Under the pieces are notes generated by a model that did no database searches, was not told the DNA's origin, and saw nothing but the letters and a program-made list of their open reading frames with translations. 9,905 nt of DNA. It comes from Monocercomonoides exilis PA203. Lineage: Eukaryota; Protista; Preaxostyla. The stretch lies in the NCBI GenBank assembly GCA_001643675.2, contig LSRY02000099.1:1-9905 (forward strand), written 5' to 3'. Both the position numbers and the translations under genes were made by a program. Positions within the stretch are counted from its first letter, which is position 1. Each line of letters starts with the position of its first letter. Below are positions 1 through 9,484 of this stretch, in pieces.

Positions 1-12
1 CTTCTTCTTCTT

Positions 13-76
13 CTAACCTAACCTAACCTAACCTAACCTAACCTAACTTCAACCTAACCTTTAACCTAACCTAACC
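13..76. repeat. (CCTAA)n telomere-type repeat block, equal to (TTAGG)n on the minus strand
   Basis: The sequence ctaacctaacctaacc... is seen directly. TTAGG is an established telomere unit. Confidence 0.85.
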
Positions 77-1167
77 TGGCCTGGCCCTGACCTGGCCTGA
101 CCTGGCCTGGCCTGGCCTGGCCTGGCCTGGCCTGGCCTGGCCTGGCCTGGCCACAGCCTGGCCTGGCCTGGCCTGGCCTGGCCTGGCCTGGCCTGGCCTG
201 GCCTGGCCTGGCCTGGCCTGGCCTGACCTGGCCTGGCCTGGCCTGGCCTGGCCTGGCCTGGCCTGGCCTGACCTGGCCTGGCCTGGCCTGGCCTGGCCTG
301 GCCCTGGCCTGGCCTGGCCTGGGCCTGGCCTGGCCTGGCCTGGCCTGGCCTGGCCTGACCTGGCCTGGCCTGGCCTGGCCTGGCCTGGCCTGGCCTGGCC
401 CTGGCCTGGCCTGGCCTGGCCTGGCCTGGCCTGGCCTGGCCTGGCCTGACCTGGCCTGGCCTGGCCTGGCCTGGCCTGGCCTGGCCTGGCCTGGCCTGGC
501 CTGGCCTGGCCTGGCCTGGCCTGGCCTGGCCTGGCCTGGCTGAGGCCCTGGCCTGGCCTGGCCTGGCCTGGCCTGGCCTGGCCTGCCCTGCCTACAACCT
601 GCCTGGCCTGGCCTGGCCTGGCCTGGCCTAACCTGGCCTGGCCTAACCTAACCTGGCCTGGCCTGACCTGACCTGGTTTGAACCTGGCCTGGCCTGGCCT
701 GGCCTGGCCTGGCCTGGCCTGGCCTGGCCTGGCCTGGCCTGGCCTGGCCTGGCCTGGCCTGGCCTGGCCTGGCCTGGCCTGGCCTGGCCTGGCCTGGCCT
801 GGCCTGGCCTCCTGGCCTGGCCTGGCCTGGCCTGGCCTGGCCTGGCCTGGCCTGGCTGGCCTGGCCTGGCCTGGCCTGGCCTGGCCTGACCTGGCCTGGC
901 CTGGCCTGACCTGGCCTGGCCAGCCTGGCCTGGCCTGGCCTGGCCTGGCCTGGCCTGGCCTGGCCTGGCCTGGCCTGGCCTGGCCTGACCTGGCCTGGCC
1001 TGGCCTGGCCTGACCTGGCCTGGCCTGACCTGGCCTAGCCTGGCCTGGCCCTGGCCTCTTCTTCTTTGGCCTGGCCTGGCCTGGCCTGAACCTGGCCTGG
1101 CCTGGCCTGGCCTGACAGCCTGGCCTGGCCTGGCCTGGCCTGGCCTGGCCTGGCCTTCTTTTCTTCC

Positions 1168-1226
1168 AACCTGGCCTAACCTAACCCTAACCTAACCCAA
1201 CCTAACCTAACCTGGCCTAACCTAAC
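1168..1226. repeat. Internal CCTAA/CCCTAA island within the CCTGG array
   Basis: Reads cctaacctaaccctaacctaacccaacctaacctaa and is preceded by a CTT-like tract at 1155-1166. Confidence 0.8.
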
Positions 1227-1816
1227 CTGGCCTGACCTGGCTGGCCTGGCCTGGCCTATTTCAGGCCTGGCCTGCCTTCAGCCTGGCCTGGCCTGGCCTC
1301 TGGCCTGGCCTGCTGGCCTGCCTTGCCTGGCCTGGCTGGCCTGGCCTGACTGGGCCTGGCCTGGCCTGGCCTGGCCTGGCCTGGCCTGGCCTGGCCTGGC
1401 CTGGCCTGGCCTGGCCTGGCCTGGCCTGGCCTGGCCTGGCCTGGCCTGGCCTGGCCTGGCCTGGCCTGGCCTGACCTGGCCTGGCCTGGCCTGGCCTGGC
1501 CTGGCCTGGCCTGGCCTGGCCTGGCCTGGCCTGGCCTGGCCTGGCCTGGCCTGGCCTGACCTGGCCTGGCCTGGCCTGGCCTGGCCTGACCTGGCCTGGC
1601 CTGGCCTGGCCTGGCCTGGCCTGGCCTGACCTGGCCTGGCCTGGCCTGGCCTGGCCTGGCCTGGCCTGGCCTGGCCTGGCCTGACCTGGCCTGGCCTGGC
1701 CTGGCCTGGCCTGGCTGTTGGCCTGGCCTGGCCTGGCCTGGCCTGGCCTGGCCTGGCCTGGCCTGGCCTGGCCTGGCCTGGCCTGGCCTGGCCTGGCCTG
1801 GCCTGAACCTGAACCT

Positions 1817-1934
1817 GCCTAACCTGGCCTTAACCCTAACCCTAACCTAACCTACTTAACCTAACCTAACCCTAACCTAACCTAACCCTAACCTAACCTA
1901 ACCTAACCTAACCTAACTAACCCTAACCTAACCT
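1817..1934. repeat. Largest internal CCTAA island (~20 units, a few CCCTAA)
   Basis: Reads taaccctaaccctaacctaacctacttaacctaacctaac... and is flanked on both sides by CCTGG. Confidence 0.85.
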
Positions 1935-4331
1935 GGCCTGCCTGGCCTGGCCTGGCCTGGCCTGGCCTGGCCTGGCCTGGCCTGGCCTGGCCTGGCCTGG
2001 CCTGGCCTGGCCTGGCCTGGCCTGGCCTGGCCTGGCCTGGCCAGCCTGGCCTGGCCTGGCCTGGCCTGGCCTGGCCTGGCCTGACCTGGCCTGGCCTGGC
2101 CTGGCCTGGCCTGGCCTGGCCTGGCCTGGCCTGGCCTGGCCTGGCCTGGCCTGGCCTGGCCTGGCCTGGCCTGGCCTGGCCTGGCCTGGCCTGGCCTGGC
2201 CTGGCCTGGCCTGGCCTGGCCTGGCCTGGCCTGGCCTGGCCTGGCCTGGCCTGGCCTGGCCTGGCCTGGCCTGGCCTGGCCTGGCCTGGCCTGGCCTGGC
2301 CTGGCCTGGCCTGGCCTGGCCTGGCCTGGCCTGGCCTGGCCTGGCCTGGCCTGGCCTGGCCTGGCCTGGCCTGGCCTGGCCTGGCCTGGCCTGGCCTGGC
2401 CTGGCCTGGCCTGGCCTGGCCTGGCCTGGCCTGGCCTGGCCTGGCCTGGCCTGGCCTGGCCTGACCTGGCCTGGCCTGGCCTGGCCTGGCCTGGCCTGGC
2501 CTGGCCTGGCCTGGCCTGGCCTGGCCTGGCCTGGCCTGGCCTGGCCTGGCCTGGCCTGGCCTGGCCTGGCCTGGCCTGGCCTGACCTGGCCTGGCCTGGC
2601 CTGGCCTGGCCTGGCCTGGCCTGGCCTGGCCTGGCCTGGCCTGGCCTGGCCTGGCCTGGCCTGGCCTGGCCTGGCCTGGCCTGGCCTGGCCTGGCCTGGC
2701 CTGGCCTGGCCTGGCCTGGCCTGGCCTGGCCTGGCCTGGCCTGGCCTGGCCTGGCCTGGCCTGGCCTGGCCTGGCCTGGCCTGGCCTGGCCTGGCCTGGC
2801 CTGGCCTGGCCTGGCCTGGCCTGGCCTGGCCTGGCCTGGCCTGGCCTGGCCTGGCCTGGCCTGGCCTGGCCTGGCCTGGCCTGGCCTGGCCTGGCCTGGC
2901 CTGGCCTGGCCTGGCCTGGCCTGGCCTGGCCTGGCCTGGCCTGGCCTGGCCTGGCCTGACCTGGCCTGGCCTGGCCTGGCCTGGCCTGGCCTGGCCTGGC
3001 CTGGCCTGGCCTGGCCTGGCCTGGCCTGGCCTGGCCTGGCCTGGCCCTGGCCTGGCCTGGCCTGGCCTGGCCTGGGCCCTGGCCTGGCCTGGCCTGGCCT
3101 GGCCTGGCCTGGCCTGGCCTGGCCTGGCCTGGCCTGGCCTGGCCTGGCCTGGCCTGGCCTACAGCCTGGCCTGGCCTGGCCTGGCCTGGCCTGACCTGGC
3201 CTGGCCTGGCCTGGCCTGGCCTGGCCTGGCCTGGCCTGGCCTGGCCTGGCCTGGCCTGGCCTGGCCTGGCCTGGCCTGGCCTGGCCTGGCCTGGCCTGGC
3301 CTGACCTGGCCTGGCCTGGCCTGGCCTGGCCTGGCCTGGCCTGGCCTGGCCTGGCCTGGCCTGGCCTGGCCTGGCCTGGCCTGGCCTGGCCTGGCCTGGC
3401 CTGGCCTGGCCTGGCCTGGCCTGGCCTGGCCTGGCCTGGCCTGGCCTGGCCTGGCCTGGCCTGGCCTGGCCTGGCCTGGCCTGGCCTGGCCTGGCCTGGC
3501 CTGGCCTGGCCTGGCCTGGCCTGGCCTGACCTGGCCAGCCTGGCCTGGCCTGGCCTGGCCTGGCTGGCCTGGCCTGGCCTGGCCTGGCCTGGCCTGGCCT
3601 GGCCTGGCCTGGCCTGGCCTGGCCTGGCCTGGCCTGGCCTGGCCTGGCCTGGCCTGGCCTGGCCTGGCCCTGGCCTGGCCTGGCCTGGCCTGGCCTGGCC
3701 TGGCCTGGCCTGGCCTGGCCTGGCCTGACCTGGCCTGGCCTGACCTGGCCTGGCCTGGCCTGGCCTGGCCTGGCCTGGCCTGGCCTGGCCTGGCCTGGCC
3801 TGGCCTGGCCTGGCCTGGCCTGGCCTGGCCTGGCCCATTCAGCCTGGCCTATTTCAAGCCTGGCCTGGCCTGGCCTGGCCTGGCCTGGCCTGGCCTGGCC
3901 TGGCCTGGCCTGGCCCTGGCCTGGCCTGGTCTATTTACCAGCTTCCATCCACAAGGCATTTAAAAGGAGATGCAAGACCCATCACATTATATTCTAGTCA
4001 TATATGTTCTACAGCAACCTGGAAGATATACCCCATTTACACCCATCCCTTTAACAGGATCTTCCCTTATCAATCGTCGCCGACCGTATAGATAGGAGGG
4101 TTGTCAATATCCTCGATGGCCATGGTCTTAATTTCCATATCTCTATTTTTATCTTTTAACATCAATTCCCTTTTTAACAAAGGCATGCCCAGGAGATTAT
4201 CAATATAATCCTTCAATTGTCTTCTTATAATTCTCTGGAATAGATTCTGACTTAGAGGCGTTCAGTCATAATCTAACGTATGGTAGCTTCGCGGCACTAG
4301 TTTCTCAACTAACCTGCGTGCCGGTTATGCG

Positions 4332-4362
4332 ATTCTAGGGTTCCTCTCGTACTTACTAGAAT
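4332..4362 (-). other. Sarcin-ricin loop (helix 95), intact
   Basis: The minus strand reads ATTCTAG-TA-AGTACGAGAGGAAC-C-CTAGAAT: the universal loop closed by a perfect 7-bp stem. Confidence 0.95.
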
Positions 4363-4799
4363 TACCATCTTGACAATAATTTCGCTATTCATCAGTAGGG
4401 TTAACTAACCTGTCTCGCGACGGTCTAAGCCAGTCACGTTCCTGTTGGTGAATTTGAACAATCAACACTTGGCGGGTGCCAGCTGCAATGATGGGAAGAG
4501 CCGACATCGAAGAATCAAAAGCAATGTCGCTATGAACTGCTTGGCTGCCACAAGCCAGTTATCCCTATGTTAGCTTTTCTGTACCTCTGGCTTCATGCTG
4601 AAGAGTTTAGCATCTTTACTCAAAGGATGGGTAGGCCTGGCTTTCACCGTTTACATTCGTGCTGATTATCAAATCAAATGGCCTTTTGCCTTCTGTTCTA
4701 CCTGAATTTCTGTTCTCCATGACTCAATCTTAGGACACCTGCCTTGTTGTTTAACAGATGTGCCGCCCCAGCCGAACTCCCCATCAAACAATTCTTTGA

Positions 4800-5100
4800 A
4801 CAATTCTGGTTAATTAGCAAAAAAAAATGGAAATCTTGCGAATCATACAGATGACTCATGATTTAACATAACATTGATTAATTTTTCGATCAATTTTGTT
4901 GAAAATATTGCTTTTCATGCACCGAACATGATGTTTTTACATATCTTTCATTCAAAATTTTTAAATATCAGAAAAATAGGTTACGGATTTATTATAACCG
5001 ACATTTTAAAATAAATCTCGTTTATGACTACCGGTCTGCGCTAACCCTAACCCTAATAACATTCCCAACAGCCATATTTTTAGATCAAACCGTATCTCTC
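4800..5100 (-). other. Enlarged AT-rich expansion segment ES31L (H79 region), ~300 nt
   Basis: Lies between the conserved P-loop block (ending ~4783) and the aataagtaaa...ggtatttca block (~5108-5143). Boundaries are approximate. Confidence 0.7.
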
Positions 5101-5279
5101 CTAATCAAATAAGTAAAATAATAATAAAAGCAGCGGTATTTCAAGGTCGAAAAGAAAGAAAAGAAACAACAAGCTTTCAACATTGAGTTGCCCCAACATC
5201 AAAAACCCATCATCCCTTCTCCCGTTAACTCTTTAATCTCCCGCTTATTCTACATCTCCTAAATCATTTCACAGATTCT

Positions 5280-5317
<38 letters not shown>

Positions 5318-5440
5318 GATTTTTCCAAGCCCGTTCCCTTGGCTGTGGGTTCGCTAGATAGTAGATAGGGACAGTGGGAATCTCGTTAATCCATTCATGC
5401 GCGTCGGAAATTAACCGACGAGGCATTTGGCTACCTTAAG

Positions 5441-5848
5441 CATTTTAATCAACAAAAATGATTGATTTTACTCATTCCTTTGTTGCCCAATGTTGCTTCG
5501 CTCTGTGGGAGCTATTCAAAACATTGCACACTTTAACCATCGTGTGGAATGGCACGTCCTTAAGCCTTCTTTGATCATCAAAGAGAGACCCACACCTTAC
5601 CGTGCTCTACGACGATCTTAACAAATTCACACTTGTCAGATTCGCCACGGGATTAACTTATATATAATAACAAAAGATAACTCTTCCATTATTATATTTG
5701 GAAGCCTTCCCCGTACCAGGTTGTGTCGCCGCTGATAAAATACCCACAGCTTAATTTATTTAGCTTATCAGTCGACTAGTGAGTCAAAATACCCTTCTTC
5801 CATTGAAAGATATCTCACTTTTGCCTCCCTTTTATATATTATTAGTTG
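5441..5848 (-). mobile_element. Group I intron, subgroup IE, at LSU position L1923 (E. coli numbering); 408 nt, no homing endonuclease ORF
   Basis: It interrupts AACTATGACTCT^CTTAAGGTAG, with the 5' exon ending in U and the intron ending in G. Elements: IGS AAG-GGAG (5825-5831), P GTACGGGGAA (5707-5716), Q AATCCCGTGG (5645-5654), R GTCGTAGAGCACGG (5600-5613), S AAGGACGTGCC (5551-5561), P3 (5718-5727 with 5591-5598), P7 GCACG/CGTGC, P8 hairpin (5568-5584), P2 and P2.1 stems, and a 7-bp P13 CTGTGGG/CCCACAG (5743-5749 with 5503-5509). Confidence 0.95.
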
Positions 5849-5899
5849 AGAGTCATAGTTACTCCCGCCGTTTGCCCGCGCTGATTGGATTTCTTCACT

Positions 5900-5930
<31 letters not shown>

Positions 5931-6024
5931 ATGTGTTAACACCGTTTTCCAGCCATCACATTGCTGTGTTTTAATTAAACAGTCGGATTCCCCTTGTCCG
6001 TTCCAGTTCTAAGTCGGTTGTTAT

Positions 6025-6520
6025 TTTAAATAAAAGCCATAGCATATAATATTATCAGTCGGCATGTTGCCACCCCAACTGTAATCTAGCTATAAATATT
6101 GGGACAATCTTTCGATTAAATAAAGGATATCCAGATCAAAGAAACGGCAACTGTTATAATCAAGCAACACAAAAACTGCAACCCTTATAAAAGAATCCGA
6201 ATCAGACAAAGAAAAAGACAAGTCTCCTTCCTTTATCCAACCAGCCAATTATAAGCCATTCCAATCCCCATGTCACAAGCCATTCCGTTTTTGTGTGTTC
6301 CGAAAACTTCAATCACAACTGACAAATCCTTCACTTCTGGTAAAGTCGAAAATCTATCTTTTCATATAGCAGAACTGACCCTTCCAAAACAACTTCAACT
6401 TAGAGTTTGACCCCAAATCAAAATCATCTCAAAAAAATCCTCTTTCCATATTACATTCAATAAACCCAACCAAAGAGAAACAAGTTGCCCCATCTTCTCC
6501 CTTTTATATTACCAGAACCC
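6025..6520 (-). other. Enlarged expansion segment ES27L (D8), ~500 nt
   Basis: Lies between conserved ccagttctaagt (6003-6014) and cccttagagccaatcc (6531-6546), and contains several hairpins capped by GCAA or similar loops. Confidence 0.8.
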
Positions 6521-7547
6521 AACGGCTCAACCCTTAGAGCCAATCCTTTTCCCAAGGTTACGGATCTATTTTGCCGAATTCCCTTACCTACTTTTTCTAA
6601 TTGACTAGAGGCTACTCACCTAGAAGACCTGTTGCGGTTATTAGTACGACCGAGTGTGAAAATCAAATTCTTAAAAATAATATCAGTCCCCTGAAGTTTC
6701 ATGGATCGTTAAACATGCACCAGACCAAATAATACTTGCATCCCTGTATAATGAAATACAAGACCTCAAATACAGTTAAAAGGTACCTCTTGCGAGGTTT
6801 CTCTAAACTGCATTTTTATTTAGTTGAGGGCTCTTCCGACTGGGTAACCACTTCTCCGAATAAATCGTTTTCATGGTCACCGCTATAGCAAGTAACTTAT
6901 AACTTATAAATTAATTATATAGCTTCATCAGTCGTTAAGAAGAAAAGAAAACTCTTCCCGGGATGTTTACCGATGAGTTCAGGCTTCTTTGCGTTACCGC
7001 TTTTGTTCTCCACACATTTTTAGTGTTATTCCAAAACTCTGTTACAAGTCTTGAAACCAAATTTTTCTTTATTATTTCGGTATAGGAATATTAACCTATT
7101 TCCCTTTCGATTTCTATAAATATATCACACTTAACAAAATCTTGCGATTCGTTAAGAATATTTTTAGAAAACAAACGGTATTTAACCGATACCTTAGGAT
7201 CGACTAACCCATGTCTCAATGAGATTCACATGGAACCTTTCTTCACTTCAGTCTTCAAAGTATTACCCCATTTGGGAAGGTCCTCCCATTTGAATATTTG
7301 CTACTACCACCAAGATCAGCACTATCGACCGTTCCATTTGTATTCACATACAAACTTCAAAACTTATTAAAAAATATCCAGAACAATAGAAAAATAAATT
7401 TCCCTATCACCCCAAAATACCTTTTATTCCTTTTTGATCGACACGCCCTCCTACATAAGCTATAACTTCCCTATCATAGCTTAGTCATGTATAAGTATCA
7501 TCGCTATTACATATGCTCCAGCGCCATCCATTTTCAGGGCCAATTCA

Positions 7548-7581
<34 letters not shown>

Positions 7582-7729
7582 ATACCAACTTCCATGGCCA
7601 CCGTCCTGCTGTCAAAATGAATTGACACCTTTTCTGGTATCTATATGAGCATATATTTAGGCACTTTAACATGACGTTCGGTTCATCCCGCATCGCCAGT
7701 TCTGCTTACCAAAAATGGCCCACTAAGAG

Positions 7730-7970
7730 CTTATTATTTTTCTCAAAAAATATGGGTTTTCTTTTTATTAGTTAATCAAAGTTTATCTAAAAGATTTTCA
7801 AACAACTTTTTCGAGTAGTAGAAAACAAATCCTTATAAAGACTACCGGAGTCCTACGGATGTTTAGGGTTTTCTTAAAATGCAAACCAAAACAATCAGCA
7901 CGTCCAGACTCCTTAAAATAGCATTCTACAAGCCTTCTTACCAGCTTCATCAATAGAACACTAAAAGATT
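7730..7970 (-). other. Enlarged expansion segment ES12L (H38 region), ~240 nt
   Basis: Lies between conserved aaaatggcccacta (7712-7725) and gtttgagaatagg (7987-7999). Confidence 0.7.
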
Positions 7971-8080
7971 ACCTTGCCAATTTAGAGTTTGAGAATAGGT
8001 TGAAGAAATTATTTCTCCAAGACCTCTAATCATTCGCTTTACCTGACAAAACATTCTTTCATTATAAGCTCCTGCTATCC

Positions 8081-8119
<39 letters not shown>

Positions 8120-8499
8120 GAGTCTTTCGCCCCTATACCCAAATTTGACGAACGAGTTGCACGTCAGTATCGCTACGAGCTTCCATCAGAGTTTCCTCTG
8201 ACTTCACCCTGATTCAGGCATAGTTCACCATCTTTCGGGTCCTAGCAGATATGCTATAACTCAAACCATAAGAAAGCAGCCGAGTTTTATCCCAAAACTA
8301 CCTTTTAACAAAAACTTTATGGTTGGTCAATGTTGCCAGGATCTCCACCAAAAGGATTTACCCTCTCGGCGAATAACCCCTTCACATTTAAGGGCTTTCC
8401 AAATAATCCCCTTCACTTTCATTACGCATCCCTGGGTTTTATCCACCCGAATACTCGCATATCTGATAGACTCCTTGGTCCGTGTTTCAAGACGGGGCG

Positions 8500-9320
8500 A
8501 TATAAAGCGCATCAACAAAGTCAATTCTTCTTATTTGGAATAGGAAATCGATATTAGAATCGCCATATTTAAGATCAATTAGTTCACTAATAAATAAGAC
8601 AATATTACCATTTATTCTTAATTCAATATAATCAAGGCGAGCTTAACCAATCGAAACAAATCTTTTAAAAACCAAATATGAAGAAAAGAAAACAAGTTTC
8701 TTCTCAACTCATCTGATTTAATTAAAAAATTTGGAATAAATTGAAAAATATCATCCCAGAACTAATATATGTAAACTCTGGTATTCTCGATATTTCCATC
8801 CCGTATCTGATATCTTTAACCAATCCATATTCTCGAGATGCTTATTACATAAGTATTCTATCCCTGTATCGAATCCAATAGGTAAGTCTTGCTTCAGGAT
8901 TATAACAGAATAGGAAATCATCAAGTTTAATAAAAAACCTGACAATATTCAATAATGTCTATTCCCACCTTTCCTCCTATGTGGATTTCGGTTATTATCA
9001 AAACTATAGAATACCATTGACCGCATTCTTATGTTTAACATTCATCCATAACTCCCAAGGAACTATGAAGAGAAGGAAATGATGCTATCCTGAGCAAAGT
9101 GGTTTCGGCTGTTACACCTTTTCTTTTATATCCTTATAAGCACGGGTTTATATCAGATATCAATAACAATTATAAATTACTATTCATATGTATCCCCCGA
9201 CTTTACAGTTAAACACAAGTCACTCAGGCCACAATACACCAACCCTCTAGTATTCCATGTCCATAAGAAAATAATTTAATTATATTAATAAAAAACATCT
9301 CTGCACTTTCTAAATTTTAT
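8500..9320 (-). other. Very large AT-rich D2 / ES7L, ~820 nt
   Basis: Lies between the NL4/LR3 site and conserved ctcttttcaaagttcttt (9361-9378). It contains a long-range complementary pair, tatctgata (8804-8812) with tatcagata (9151-9159). Confidence 0.85.
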
Positions 9321-9381
9321 ATCGCTTGTCCTTTTGGCAGTTTCAAGCACTACTTTCATTCTCTTTTCAAAGTTCTTTCAT

Positions 9382-9415
<34 letters not shown>

Positions 9416-9484
9416 TTGTCAATATTTAGCCTTGGATGAAGCTTACCACCCAATTGGGTTGCAATCTCAAACAACCCGACTCTG

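Larger units (their letters stand above)
1..3929. repeat. Terminal 5-bp tandem array (~780 units), mostly CCTGG with CCTGA variants and CCTAA/CTT islands; probable (TTAGG)n telomere read on the C-strand
   Basis: The array is seen directly and starts at the window edge with (CTT)4 then (CCTAA)n. It alternates between CCTGG, CCTGA and CCTAA at the same 5-nt period and ends at ~3929 (cctggt|ctatttacc). A C-rich strand at the 5' end is the expected telomere orientation. Confidence 0.85.

Noticed and set aside
678-1013. 111-aa (LAWPG)n ORF
   Set aside because: Same repeat-translation artefact, with a TTG start inside a noisy interruption.
1928-3838. 636-aa (GQARP)n ORF
   Set aside because: It is the translation of a stop-free 5-bp repeat (15-nt period). 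If the true repeat is TTAGG, the frame would be full of stops.
1255-3863. Recurring interruptions in the array (cctatttcagg at 1255, cctatttcaag at 3848, acagcc at 153, 1115 and 3161) as higher-order repeat structure
   Set aside because: Spacing is irregular and the motifs are short, which is more consistent with basecalling glitches.
77-3929. CRISPR array or bacterial Dcm-site (CCWGG) decoy array
   Set aside because: There are no spacers, the context is eukaryotic rDNA, and the pattern is better explained as a telomere or a basecalling artefact.
5425-5445. R2 retrotransposon insertion
   Set aside because: The R2 target AAGG/TAGC is intact. The insert lies a few nt upstream and has group I structure with no reverse transcriptase ORF.
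5779-6012. 77-aa ORF overlapping the intron 5' end, considered as a homing endonuclease
   Set aside because: It is mostly antisense to conserved rRNA exon, has no His-Cys box, LAGLIDADG or GIY-YIG motif, and the intron has no room for such a gene.
5825-6509. Shared 13-mer ctcccttttatat in the intron IGS region (5825-5837) and ES27L (6497-6509)
   Set aside because: A single 13-nt match in ~6 kb of AT-rich sequence is plausible by chance.
8071-8220. 3-nt deletion (ctatcc-gggaaac versus CTATCCTGAGGGAAAC) and a 1-nt insertion near 8211 as real rRNA novelties
   Set aside because: These are isolated, non-compensated indels in a sequence that shows other signs of long-read error.
7481-8945. Short ORFs at 7481-7693, 8319-8543, 8327-8524, 8330-8557 and 8751-8945
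   Set aside because: All lie within the LSU rRNA and are typical spurious rRNA translations.
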